A stretch of 62,998 nt of DNA, counting the filler, from Stramenopiles sp. TOSAG23-2 (Eukaryota): the NCBI GenBank assembly GCA_900128395.1. It is 11 parts of 11 records of this genome, joined end to end, with 100 filler letters (N's around TTAATTAATTAA, not from the genome) between each part and the next. Parts side by side here need not be neighbours in the genome. Positions count along the whole stretch, not along the records: positions 20,099 to 26,693 come from LT650437.1; positions 26,794 to 33,375 come from LT650438.1; positions 33,476 to 40,054 come from LT650439.1; 8 more parts are not named here. One strand, given 5' to 3'. The translations under genes were made by a program, and so were the position numbers. Positions 21,240 through 35,037 of the stretch are shown piece by piece. Each line of letters begins with the position of its first letter. Position 1 is the first letter of the stretch. The notes under the pieces were generated by a model. The model was not told the DNA's origin and did no database searches. It saw nothing but the letters and a program-made list of their open reading frames with translations.

Positions 21240-23068
21240 CTACAATCTCATAAAATTCCAGAATTTATTTGCAGTGACTTTCAATGCACTTGTCGTACAT
21301 GATGGACTTGTTAAATATTCTTTCCATGATTGTTTTCTTCCACCGCCAATTGGGAAGATAGAATTAATCATAGTACACTGAGTCCATTGTCCAAGAGCAG
21401 AGGCACCTTTTACGATCCATGGTTTATCCATGCTTTCACGAGACATATCACGTGGCCAATTGATTTCTAATTTTTTCACACCATAATCTAACATGGAATT
21501 TAATTTTTTATGGTATTTAATTTCACCTTTAAAACCATCAAGATCTAAAAAGATATTCATTTTTCCATTATCATAATAATTAGTTAATTTCAAGTTAATT
21601 TTACCTACATCGAAATGATGCATAGTTGCTATTGGTTTAAATAAGCATACTTCGTTTCCTTGTTTACCTTGTTTCTTTTTATTATTTAAATCAAGTTTAG
21701 AGCCTGGTAAGATTAATTTAAATGTTTTCTTTTGTTGCATAATTTGCCATGCTATGTAACGGTGGAATTTTTTACCTGCCGTGACAGGTTCATCTTCCCC
21801 ATCGTCCTTTTTGCCTATTTTGTTAAGGCTCGTAATAGTTGTTGTTTCTTGGCTTTGTAAAAAACTATTACCTCCTTTTTTCTCAATACATCGCCTAGTA
21901 AAAGCCGCTGACGCCTTGATAATTTATGTGCTATATTGACATCAGTCTTTTTAATAATATCTGCTAAATTTATTCTATCATGTTCATCAAGTAAATAGCA
22001 CTCTGACATTCTACAATCATCGCTACAGTGGCACTTCGTCTCTTTACTATTACAAGCTCTTTTCTTCAGTCTGTCTTTTTTAAGTAATACGTCTTTTAAA
22101 ATGTTCAATTTAAAATATCCAATTTTACATTTGCTTAAATCCAATTTTCTTACTGAAGTATTATTTTCCAACACATCAGCCAGACGTCGAACATCATACT
22201 CGTATAATTCGTGCCGTATAGTAACTTCATGCAGCTGTCCTTTTTTAATACCTTGTATTGGTAGGCCCATTCCCAATTTCACCAACTCGTTTAAGTAGTT
22301 TTTTATGGTTGCATGACTAGTGTATATTTCAAACAATGTCAAACCCAAGCGATAAAGGATGCTAATAATTGAAACTACAAAGGCTTGTATCAGAATTGAA
22401 TCATCCTCTTCTACAAAATTACAAGTATTTGATCTACACCACAATACCATGTACACTTGAAGCCCAAATTGGGGTACACTTTCTAGAACGGTTTCGCATA
22501 TAGTGCGAAGAGCTTCGTATTGTGCCATAAAGCTTTTTAATGCACCAGGTGTGAATGGAGTCAAGCGATAAAAGGGCATAAATATATCAAACAAAAGTGG
22601 TAAAATGGGGAAAAATAAATAAAACGCAATTTTTTTCCTAGTGTCCTTTCCATTTTCCCAATCAATAAGGGTTACATTGTCTACCCGTGTTATATATATG
22701 CCTACCATAACAACAACGTAGGGTATCACTAAAAAGATTAACGACCAGATACTGCAAAATATCCAATTATACTTTATAAAATCAAACAACAAAAGCACGT
22801 CAGTATACATGTCAAGAAAATACAATATTAAGCTGAAGATGGCGTTAAAGGTACTAAATACAAAAAATAATTTTTCATTGTTTCTTTTGAACTCTTCGTA
22901 CCGAGTATTAGATTTTTGTATTTTTTTACCAAGGCTTACTATGCTTTTTCGCAACCGTTTTGGTATTCGCTTTCCAGATGCGCTCCCTGCAGCCGAACCA
23001 ACAGCAATACCAGCAGCCGCAACACCGGCAACAATTGGCACAATAATCGTCTCATTTCCACTAGCCAT
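21240..23068 (-). CDS. XK-related (scramblase-family) membrane protein with a short LRR; probably one frameshifted gene together with ORF 21240-21740
   Basis: LYFLDMYTDVLL and ETVLESVPQFGLQVY are XK motifs; LENNTSVRKLDLSKCKIG is LRR-like. The downstream ORF frame is open back to ~21921, overlapping the upstream ORF. Confidence 0.7.
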
Positions 23069-23670
23069 TTTCGCAGCTTAAATAATTGAACAAGTGGGGA
23101 TAAAAGATTGGTATTTTGAATGATTATAAAGGCAGAAGAGAATATGTTGGAATCTGGCAATATGATCGTAGAATCATATTAGATGTGTGTATATATATGT
23201 ATAATCATATTATCATAAAATGTAACTTATAACTTATAACTTTTGTTTTTTGGAAAAAAAACAACAAGCACAACAACGGGGAAACTTCCAGCAGTAGTAT
23301 AAGTCCAATAAGCAAAAGTATTTATATTTTAATACATTTTGTTTTGAAAGTACTATAGTACTATTGGGCTACTGGGTTTAGTTATAATATATTGGGCAAG
23401 CGCTTATTAATAGTAGGTGAATAGCACACCAGCACTTCTAACCTCGCAGGTGTTGTGCCGTTGTGCCATCATAATGGATTTTAGATTTGTGATTTGTGTT
23501 TTGTGTTTTACAATGCCAATAAGCCAATAATAAGTATTTAAACCATAAAAAAAATCTCATAATTATTATTAATTCGTGAATTCTCTTTTTAAGACTGCCA
23601 GGGCACCCAACTTCACCCACATCTCACATTCCCCAAATCTCCAAAAGATTATATTCAATTAATCCATCAA

Positions 23671-26114
23671 TCAATCATGTACGCCCCTTTCCCCCCAACT
23701 ACCTTCTAAACTACTCATGCTATCGTCTAATCCACCACCAACACCTGTTACATGTTTCATTTTAGTAATCTTATCATCATCAAACCATTTTTGTATGACA
23801 CGTACAATATACATTGCTTGTGGTTTATCATCCATTCGTAATAATTTCATCATATCCATTAAACGTTCTTTGGTGCCTAAACCGGCAAGTACTTGTTGAA
23901 AATAACCAATACATGCACCACGTTTAGCATCCCAATATTCATTATTATCTGGATCTAATTTATATAATGTATCAAATGCTTTTGCACTATAATAAAATCC
24001 ATCATTTTTACCTTCACGATATGCTTCATTTGCTATAAATTCTAATAATTGAAATGAATTTTCTGTATTATCAGTGGATAAATACAATTCCCATGCTTTT
24101 TCAATGTTTCCATTCCATATATAACATTTAGCTAACCAAAAAGTATATGTAAAATCTCCACGCCATATTTCATTTTGTATTGCTAATAACATTTCTGCCG
24201 CATCTTCAAATAAACCTGCACTTGCTAATGATATACCATAATTCCAATAGAATGAATCATCATTAAACATATATTCTTTAATGCTATGAAAATATACATT
24301 TGCTTCCTCATATTTATTTGATAAAAACAATGCAGATGCCATACATTGACGACCTTGTATCGTATTGCCTATTGTTATTGTTATTGTTATTATTATTATT
24401 ACATATGTAGTCGTGTTGGTATATGTGAAAATTTTTATGTTGTTAGTATATACAAGGATAAATATATATATGATATGTGATCGATACATCTCGACAACTT
24501 ACATTCACTAGAACTAGCACCAACAGTTGTAAATAATTCTTTTGCTATATTCATAATTTGAACTACATTTAATGATGACGATGACGACGATGGTGGTTTT
24601 GAATTATTATTATTACTTAAATATTTGCTTAAATATTCACCATAAGATGCATATGCAATGCCTTTAATAACATATTCAACGGGTTGTATTGGTATCTCAT
24701 TCATATTTTCCACAATTTTAAATGCTTTTACAAATTCATTTTCTTTAATATAATAGATAATTAAATTCAATTTTGCTTCATTTAAATAATCCGATAATGG
24801 TAACAATATTTTCAATGCTTGTGATCCATTACGAAAGACAACCATATTGTTCTCAATTAAATCATTTTTTCCATAGATACTAATACCAATATTACTAGAT
24901 ATCGTCGTTGTATTAGATAAATATGGTTTTAAAACTAATTCTGCAGCACGACCATTGTATAAATTAAAGTGATTACAGGCCTTTAAATTCAATGCAAATA
25001 ATGAATTTGGATATTGTTCTAAATATGCATCTAATAATTCCAAACTCACATCATAATATTCTAATTTATAATAACATAATGCTAAATAAACATTGATTGC
25101 AACAACAGTATGGTTACTTATTAATATCTGTTTATATATATTTGTTGCTTCTTGATAATGACCACGTAAAAAATGCATTGCAGCTAATGATAATTGATCT
25201 TCCATAACATCTGTTTGTAATTGTTCATGGTAATCTATTAACTTATCATCATTTTTTAAACGAAAAGATGTATGAAATAATATACGATTACATATAATAT
25301 CAAATGCATCATCGTTATCGTAATCATCATCTACTTCTTTTTGATTTTCATGTTTTGTATTTCGTTGTTTCATGTTCTTTTTTTTCTTCTTTTTCTGATT
25401 ATTATTAACAAATGTTGTATTATTTTGAAATATAATCTTTTCCGTTTGATGATATTTTTCTAAATGAAAATAACATAATGCAATATGTACATAATTATAT
25501 GGTGGTTTTAAACTATCTAATGATTCTTCTAATTCTAAATATATATCCAATGCAGCTTGAAAATGTCCAGCATGGTATTCAAAATAACCAACCCATGGAT
25601 AATACTGTTTTTTTTCAATTTCATGTATACAATTATTTGTCATGATAAATTTCAACATAGTTAAACCACCGATAAAATCATTTTTTTCTAAATATGGTAC
25701 AACTTGTTCAGGTAATGAAATATGTTTAAATGCATATGTCTCTGGTGATGATGGTGGTGGTGGTAAAATGATATTATTATAATTTGTTTGTTCGATGATT
25801 TGTTGTTGTTGTTCTTCTACTTGTTGTTGTTCTTGCAATAATTTTTTCTTCTTTTTCAAGATACGTTGTTCTCTAAAATTAACATGTGCACCACCCATAG
25901 GTATTTGTTGTGCTACTTTTAATTCACTTTCTAAACGTCTTAGTTGTTTTTCAATATCAGTTGGTGTAGCAGTTTTCACATTGTTTGAAAAAGATTGTTG
26001 TTGTTTCCTATCGCTATTGGACATAGTTTTTGACGCTGAATTATTTTTTGATTCATTATTTTTACTATTATTTATAGTTGGTGAGTTTATATATGGATAA
26101 TCATATCGATCCAT
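23671..26114 (-). CDS. TTC26: Intraflagellar transport protein IFT56/TTC26 (DYF-13), two exons (26114-24503, 24368-23671), 769 aa
   Basis: EDQLSLAAMHFLRGHYQEA, LNLKACNHF, NMVVFRNG, EAKLNLIIYY. A 134-bp GTAAGT...TAG phase-1 intron (24502-24369) restores SECNTIQGRQCMAS in frame. Confidence 0.92.
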
Positions 26115-26476
26115 CTTTGTAAATATTTTTTTTTTCTCTCTCTCTACAGATATATATTCTTTTCTTTTTGAAAACTATCATACAATATAAAAAATAGGTT
26201 AAAAATTACCAAAATCAAGAAATTTTTTTATTTTTGGTGATGATGAATCAAAAATATTTTTTTTCTTTTTTTTTTTCTCTCACGAAACCAACCACAACAC
26301 TCACTTTTCTTTTTCTCCACAAGATTAAAAATGCAAACACGTTCAATGACAGTGATTCAAGATATACATACATATAGAAATTCACCAAGAGAACACTTTC
26401 ACACACATGTATTATGTATTACACATCAAAAAACGTTTTTGGAATTTGAAAATATCCATGTTAATATTAGGGTTAA

Positions 26477-26536
26477 TAGCAGCAACACAGCACTACCGAC
26501 GAAATATAGCAGCAACACAGCACTACCGACGAAATA
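26477..26536. repeat. 30-bp tandem repeat
   Basis: tagcagcaacacagcactaccgacgaaata twice. Confidence 0.9.
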
Positions 26537-27660
26537 AAGTGAACGTATTGGAAACAAAAACCTGTTTTGTGTTCAAAAAACGGGGGGCTTTGCACCTTTT
26601 CCAGTGTTTATATATAATGAGAGTTGTTGAGACTAGTATAGACAGAGATACGTAGATATTGTATATATAAATATATATATATATATAAAGAGANNNNNNN
26701 NNNNNNNNNNNNNNNNNNNNNNNNNNNNNNNNNNNNNTTAATTAATTAANNNNNNNNNNNNNNNNNNNNNNNNNNNNNNNNNNNNNNNNNNNNTTAGTAT
26801 ACAAATATATATACTTAATATATTTTTAAAAAAGTATGAACGAGTTTTCAGAAATTTTTTCCTCCTGCACTCCTCCTTTGTGTGCGTAAAAAGAATTATT
26901 ACCAGATGGCACAGGGAGAGGACGGCTATATACTGGATTACAACAAGATAAAGAGGTTAAAAAAATCCCAAAAATATGATGATGGAAAATGGATTGCAGA
27001 GTTTTTGCTTTTCTATTTATTTTGCACGCTATAATATAATACTACAGGTAATATTAGCACATTAGTGTGGATTATAATATATAATACTATTACATTATAG
27101 TAAGAAACACCATAATAAGATATGATATTAATGGATATATTATCTATTGTACATGTGTAAAATTATAGCTGAATATTATGTGCCATCTATAAAATAGGCT
27201 GTAATTATATTTGTATTCTAATTTTTTAAGAATCGGATGGCACAAAATATATGCTTCCAATTATGTCAAAACTCTGTATACATTTAGGATTTAGATCATA
27301 ATAATAATAATAATAATAATTAATTATTAATAATAATAATATCTTCTAATAACAACTATTATACTACTAAAAAATAATAATAACAATAATCTAAATCTGA
27401 TAACTACATCATAAAGAACAAAGATATATATACATCGCAAATAGACAAAAAATCTAGTGTGTAAAACAATTATATTATATTTTCACTCATACAGAGTGAT
27501 AATAAATTCACTATCAGTAAACGATATTGAAAATTTGTAGTTGATAAGATAAATAGATATATTATAAATCAACAATATATTACCTCGTCAACATATAGTA
27601 TTAAGATAAAAACACTGTAAAATAAACAACCAAGATTAAAAAATAATAATAATCAGGAAG

Positions 27661-30600
27661 ATGGACTCTTCCTCACTTTTCCCTTTAATACGGCCGCAAA
27701 TAGCTTGCGGTTTAAAACATACAATGTGTGTATCAGATGCGGGTACGTTGTTTGCTTGGGGTGGTGGAGAAAGTAACCAGCTTGGCAACGATAGGTTGAA
27801 AAATATTTCACTGCCTATCCGTTTTGACGAAAATGCTACGCCGGAGTCTGAAAATGAAAACGAGCATGGTTTAGATAGGATGTGCAGTAAACGGTTGGTC
27901 CAGGTTGCTTGTGGTTCGTTTCATACCGTTGTTGTCCGAACGGATGGTATGTGCTATTCGTGGGGTTTAGATGAAGGTGGTTTGCTTGGAAGTCCTGAAA
28001 AAAAGAATCCTGTATCAGGTTTTATTCGTATAGAAGGGCGTCCGATGATGATTTATTATTTTAAAAGTATGTCCATACGTATACTTCACGTATCCTGTGG
28101 TGCCTCGCATACCTTAGCAACCGATTCAAGTGGTGACGTGTATTCTTGGGGCGTTGGGAACTATGGTAACCTTGGCCATGGTGATACGGCAACTGTTGAT
28201 CGTCCAAAACTGATTGATGTTTTGAAAGGCAAAATGATTAAAATGACTGGTGCGGGCAGTAAACATTCTTTAGCCATATCATCAAAAGGGGATTTATTTA
28301 GCTTTGGGCATGGGGATAATGGAAGACTTGGTAATAATGAACGTCGTGGTTGCTTAGCACCAGAAATCGTTGGTGGGATATTAGATGGCGTATTTATTGT
28401 ATATTGCGATGCGGGGGAGGCACACTCTGCAATTATTGATGATAATGGCGTATTATATATGTTTGGAGCAGGATCCTATGGACGTCTTGGTTTGGGTGAA
28501 GAATCCGATGCATTGGTACCATCTTCAGTAGATACTTTGCGTAAGCATAAAATCGTCATGGTGTCATGTGGTGCTTTTCATACTATGTGTATTACGACAG
28601 CGCAAGAATTATGGGGATTTGGTGGGCGTTTGTATGGTAAATTAGGAGATGGAAACTCAGCAGGAAATGCAGTCACTCCTGTGATGATTGCACCGGAAGC
28701 TGGGGATGGTAGCGATCCATCCGGATTTATACAAGTAAGCTGTGGTACTTTTCACACATCTGCATTGACTTCAGCTGGCCATATCAAAACCTGGGGTTTT
28801 GATGCAGGATTTAACTTATTGCAAATATTTACAGNNNNNNNNNNNNNNNNNNNNNNNGTCAACTACGCTTAAAAAACAATAATTTTCAAAATCATAAAGA
28901 ACCGCAGGTAGTTCACAATTTAGATAGTGTTCAATGCACTGGAATGGCGCATTTGCATCAAGAAAAAGATGCAAAAAATTCCAAATCGAAGCTTGGAAAA
29001 GATGGTTCAGGACTCGCTGGTGGTAAATTATCCAATAATGCCAAATCGGTGATATGTATCGCAGCTGGTGCGCAGCATACATTGGCATGTACCGTTAAGG
29101 GTGACGTATATTCCTGGGGTGAAAATCGTGATGGGCAATTAGGTAGAGGAGCAGATTCAAATCCTGAATCTGATAATACAATGTCAAGACCCGTTCGTGT
29201 AGAATATCATATTTCTGGAAAGAGAGTTACGAAAGTTGCAGCAGGAGCACAACATTCGATGTGCCTAACTGTTCGTGGCGATGTGTATGCGTGGGGATGT
29301 GGGACGGATGGTCAACTTGGAATTGGTAAAAACGTATCTGAATCCCGCCCAATGTTAATTCAAATTTTACAAGGGAAACGCGTTGCTCACATTGCATGTG
29401 GTGAAAATCATAGTGCAGCTACATTGCAAGATGGGCAAATGTTTACATGGGGAAGTGGAGACATGGGGAAATTAGGACATGGCCGTGTTACAAGACCACA
29501 AATGCTACCAAGAATGATACGTGGACGTTTGACAAAAGAGAGTGTTGTTACTATGTCTTTAGGAATGTCCCATACTGCTGCAGTAACTAATACGGGCGCG
29601 TGCTTCATATGGGGTGGTGGTTGGTTTGGAAGGTTAGGGCTTGGTAATAACGATAATGTATATGCTCCAAAAAAAATCACTGCTTTGGATTACATGTTTA
29701 TAGTTAAAATATCATGCGGCGGTTACCATACTATGGCATTGACAAAGGAAGGAGAAGTTTATACGTGGGGCCGAGGCGATGAGCGCCTTGGTATCGGCGA
29801 GACGCCAGATGTCATGGAACCAACTCTAGTAGTTGCTTTACGTCAAAAGCAAGCCGATATCGTAGACATATGTGCGTCGGAGGAACACTCTGTAGTTATT
29901 GCTAGTAATGGTGCAGTATATGCATGGGGGATGGGTCGGTATGGCAAGTTGGGATTGAGCAAAGGGAGCAATGATACAGATGCAGATGAAGCGTTCAATT
30001 TGCCTCGCGATGTTTTAAACAATCGTGGTAGTGTTATCCAGCCATTGGATCTATTGAGAAATGCTCCAGGGGAAATGAATATTCGAATGATGTCGTCTCA
30101 TTCGAATCACACAGTTGCCCTTTCCCAAGAAGGGGTTGTATATGCATGGGGAAATAAAGGTGGTGGTAGATTAGGTCTGTATCCACAATTATCAGATCAA
30201 TTCGCTGCATGTGCATACGAAGTGGCCGATTTATCTATAAAAAAGAAATCAGAGGATGATGATCAAGGTACGGGTACTAGTGGTGGTGGCCAGCAAGGAA
30301 GCTCAACTGGAGGGGGCAAAGGAGGGGATGGTGATGGAGATGATGAGGATACTGGTTTGGGAAAGAAAGGTGGTAAGGGCAAAGGTAAAGATGGCGGGTC
30401 GTCCACGTCGCTAGATCATAGCGTTGCTACGGAAGCGGCTATTGAATATCACATGCAGCAGTATAAGCAAAACCGCGTCAACCCACCTTGTCAATTTGTA
30501 CAATTATTATTAGAAACAGAACCAATCGATCATCGTGTCGAACAGCTTAAATTAGTGGAAAGCAATTTAGAACGTAAGCAAAACAAAATTGATCAGTTAT

Positions 30601-33098
30601 ATTTCGATATACACCAAGAAGAGGAGGAAGTCAATGAGTTGAGAAACACTATTCGTTTGACGATAAAATCTACATTAAATGAAGGGGTGCCAGTTGGTTT
30701 GAACATACAGGATTACTCTGCTGGGATACCATATGAGATTGAACAAGACCATTCAATTTATACGGAAATGTTCAAATTATTATTAACAAATCCAATGTAC
30801 TTAGTGGAAATGTATCATTTTTTCATACAAGAAATGCCTGCAAACAAGGCGGCATGTGGTGGTCAATTTACCAAATTTTTCTCCGACTTAACAGTCAATG
30901 TTTATGGTGATTTATCCAGGCCATGGAATGACCATTTGTTTATTTCATTGGTAAAGCAACTGATGATGAAGGAAATTTCTCAGATTCAAGCCAAATCAGA
31001 TGACCTATCTGATTTTGCTTCTCAATTTCCAGATCAATCAAATGTATTTGGTATGATCATTTCGCATTATTTTACATTGCCAAAAAATGTTAGAAACTTA
31101 AGAAGTAGATTTCAAGATTTATTTATCGAATTAGCATCTTCCGATAAAGAATTTCAGTACGATCCATTACTAGTACAAAGGGAATTAAGTAAAGGTGGTA
31201 GTAGTGATTTGAAAGGTGGAGATGAATCAACCCTTGATCAACGACGTTTGCAAACATATAATACGAAAACAGCAATTAGAAACAAAGTAAATGAACGCGT
31301 GGATAATTTGAACGAGGAAATGTTAAAATGGACTCGAGCAATTACAGGAAGTGCGCAAACGTTGCCGGAAGAAGTTAGGTGGATATGCCACCAGCTTCAC
31401 GAATGTTTAATTCAAGTATATGGTTTAGAGTCCAACTCTGCTGAAAATTTCAAATACATCGTTGGCTCATTTTTATTTAAAAACTATTTCAGGCCAGTCA
31501 TCATGCATCCAGAAAAATATGGTATTTTACCATCAAATAAAATTAAAATTTCAGACAAGACACGTGGCAATTTGCGTTTTATCTCAGCCATGGTGGAAAA
31601 AGTTGTATCGCAAGCACAATTCCATTTGGAATTGAAATGGTTACATTCATCAAACCAGAAAATCGCTTCCAAGCGGGAACCTACGTTAAAATGGGTTGGT
31701 GAGTTAGTGAAACCAGATCTAGATTTACCAAGTCAAATGGTGATTGATGTTTATCGTGAACATTTACGTGGCACGGTCCGCATTGTTCATACCGTACCTT
31801 TAATGAGTGTAGAATTGTTACGTTGGATGCTTTATACGGCTAGTATTAAAAATCATAGTCTTGGAAAAAGGGCGAAAGATCCTATTGATGAACATATTCG
31901 AGTTTTATTTGGAGAAGGGAGGGAGGATAACCGTAACAAAGTCAACACTTGGATGGATACGGGGTGGTTAACATGTAAGCCGTATGGTATCAATTATGAA
32001 TTAGATACTAAATTTTATGACGTAATGGATGCAAGTAAATTGGTTCGAGAAAATCAAACACAAGTACCTTTGCCAAACTATCTAGCACCTGATGATGCGG
32101 CTCCTTTGCATCAACACAATACAATTGGATATGGCATCGATCCCCGTAAACTTGCATTAGAGGATTGTGTACGGCAAGGTGTACAAGTACCAAATGACTC
32201 CATTGCTGATCAAGTTGGTCAAATGATAGAATCTCTACAAGAGAGAATGGAATTAGCAATAAAACAGAAAGAATATGACTTTCAAAAGCAAGGGGAAATG
32301 GCACGTGCTTTGCTAGAAGAAATGAGTTTGCAAGGAATGCCTTTATCTGAAGTGATGGGTGAATTAATGACATTGGTTCATCAACGTGCCATGCGTAATA
32401 AGCAATTGCGCCGAGATCATACCAATTTGTCTAAATTATTATCCGATATCAATTCCTACCGTGGGGCATTAGAAAATAAAAAAGAAGCGTTGGCTGTTTA
32501 TTTAGATTTGTTACAGCGTGGTATAAGCGATACGCAAAATAAACAACAAGTTGCAATTATTATTAAAAAGAAAAAGAATTTAGGGCATTTAACAAGCAGT
32601 ACGCTAGTACAAGATACGCATAAATCGGTGAAACCAACGAAATTAAAATTATTGTTGGCTAAGCATAAACAAGTTTCTGGTACACATGGTGAATACTCCT
32701 TTGCAGATATGAAAAAAGTTGTTGATAAGACACCAGTAATTTTAAGCTTTTCATTAGTCGATGATATTTCACAAAAAGAATTGAAAGAGGTTAAAAAGAA
32801 ATTATCATATGTTTTTAGTAGTGTATCTGCCGGTAAATTTATTGTTACAACCGTTTATGACAAAGATATGGTTTTGGACCACTTCCATGTAACTTCAGAT
32901 GAATTATTAACATGTAAACGACAGCTTGTAAAAGAATGGAGTCCGAAGGGAGCGTCTGGCAATACATTTTCTAAAACCGTGTTCAGCGTCTTTGGGTTGT
33001 TACGTGTATTACAAACGTTAACAATGAAACAAATTATGTTGGGTCAACGATTAGAACATAGTAAAGAAGAGTTATTGGTTGTGAAAGATGTGATGTAG
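27661..33098 (+). CDS. RCC1-repeat protein fused to a RasGAP/IQGAP-like domain; one ~1800-aa gene split by the N gap at 28835-28857
   Basis: Many VACGxxH...YSWG...GxLG repeats in both ORFs; the second frame is open back to the gap. EVRWICHQL...IVGSFLFKNYFRPVIMHPEKYGI...RGNLRFISAMVEKV fits a RasGAP fold. Confidence 0.85.
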
Positions 33099-33719
33099 AG
33101 AGAGGGTGTGCGTGTGTGTGTGTGTGTGTTATGTGAGAATTAACCAGGTCAAAATTTAATTCTTCTTTACACTTCTCTCTTTTTTGATAGAAAATCAGCC
33201 TAAATCTTATCAGGTGTAGTACTAGCTATAAATTGCTATCATTACCAAAGAGAAGAAACTTTCTGCTTTCTGACGACAGTACCATCATGATGGTATTTTT
33301 AAGGTTTAAAACCAGTGTATTTATTTGTCTAGATATTCGTCTTGGTATGTGAATAGTATAGTGATTATTTACGCTNNNNNNNNNNNNNNNNNNNNNNNNN
33401 NNNNNNNNNNNNNNNNNNNTTAATTAATTAANNNNNNNNNNNNNNNNNNNNNNNNNNNNNNNNNNNNNNNNNNNNTGTAAATTTTCAGTCGTATTTAGAT
33501 GTATTTGATACGATACCTAAAAAAATGAGTTAAAAACAGAGATTTGACCTTATTTTCCCGATATGTACTAGAATCCCTTGAAGATAAAAAAATTAAATAA
33601 ATCCAAGGCGAAAAGATATGCACATCAAGCAATATTGCAATATTCATAAACAGTATTGAACGCAATGTAATCAATATTTTTTTCCCTCAAAAAAAATTTA
33701 GGTCCCGCTTTTTCATACG

Positions 33720-34439
33720 ATGTCGTTGAAGAAGAAGATTGCCCTCTTTGGGGCGACGGGAAATACTGGGCGCGAGTTTCTACCTGCCGCACTGTCGGCC
33801 GGGTACGAGGTCCGTGCTTTGCTGCGTACTCCCGGCAAGTTGGCCGATCAGGACGGCGTTGAGAAGGTCCAAGGGGATCTGCTGTCAGTGGAGGACGTGG
33901 CCGCGGTGGTCGAGGGCTGCGACATCGTCGTGTTCCTTGTCAACGTTCCGCGCAAGACCAAGAAAGGCAGCAAACTTGACGGCTTCACTACCAAGGCACT
34001 CAAGGGGGTGGTGGCAGGCATGGAAAAACACAACGTGCGCCGCCTTCTCTACCAGGGAGGGGGATTCACGCTGTTCAAAGGTGAGCCACCGACCCCCTGC
34101 TTTGTAGCATGCTGCATAAGGGACTGCATCCTGTCCAGGTGCCTAGGTGAGACGATTGCACTTCAAGAAAACCAGGCTGTGGCGGACTTTCTGCAGACGA
34201 AGAACGGTTCCATCGACTGGACCTTTACGCGACCGGGAATGTTGGAGCACAAGCCTGCCCGTGGCCCCGCCGTGAGCGTCAAGAATGCGAACGCCACCGT
34301 CACATTCAAGGATCTCGCTACGTGGACGGTTCAGCTGATCGGCGATGACGCCACCATCCACATGCATCCTATGGTAGGGTATCCTCCCAAGGGCACCAGC
34401 ACCACAAATCCAGCCAGCACTGGTGCCTCCAAGGATTAG
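33720..34439 (+). CDS. NAD(P)H-binding Rossmann protein, flavin/biliverdin-IXbeta reductase-like
   Basis: IALFGATGNTG, VRALLRTPGKL, VQGD, DWTFTRPGML; GC-rich codon usage. Confidence 0.9.
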   Translation: MSLKKKIALFGATGNTGREFLPAALSAGYEVRALLRTPGKLADQDGVEKVQGDLLSVEDVAAVVEGCDIVVFLVNVPRKTKKGSKLDGFTTKALKGVVAGMEKHNVRRLLYQGGGFTLFKGEPPTPCFVACCIRDCILSRCLGETIALQENQAVADFLQTKNGSIDWTFTRPGMLEHKPARGPAVSVKNANATVTFKDLATWTVQLIGDDATIHMHPMVGYPPKGTSTTNPASTGASKD

Positions 34440-35037
34440 CGTTGCATGTGGCATGTGGCATCGGTTCACAGAGGTCAAATAGGACGTCTTTATTAAAAAT
34501 AGGCAATTAAATTCGCCACTCAAAATTCCAAATTCGCCACCAAATTTGCCACCCACTATAGTGAAAAGGCACCAAATTCGCCACATTTAGCCTGTGTCAC
34601 TGGATGCTATTAATGGTATTGCCTGTATTTAAAATTATCGGGAATTCCTTGGAAGAAACGCGTGATTAAATTAAAATGAGCGGAATTTGTTCGATTTGGA
34701 AAATAAAAAATTGGCACCTTTGGTGCTTTGCATTGCACACATTTTAATTTTACAAAAAAATACCCAAATTAAAATAATATTTAATTTTATATAAATTTTA
34801 GTTCGTAGAAGATTGTAATTACATATAGACAAATGAACACGAACAATTTATTCTTTGATTTAACAAAAGAAGTAATATCCCTCTCCCCGACTTCCTCTCT
34901 CTATATTCATTGAATAGGATATTTTCTTACATTAACTATATATACAATATACATAAATATTTTCGCACAATTATTCTTACTATAGAACACGTAATTTCCT
35001 CTCTTCTTTTTTTTTTATTAACTTTTAATATAGAAAG

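Noticed and set aside
26477-26536. CRISPR-like direct repeat
   Set aside because: Two abutting copies with no spacer, no cas genes, eukaryotic context
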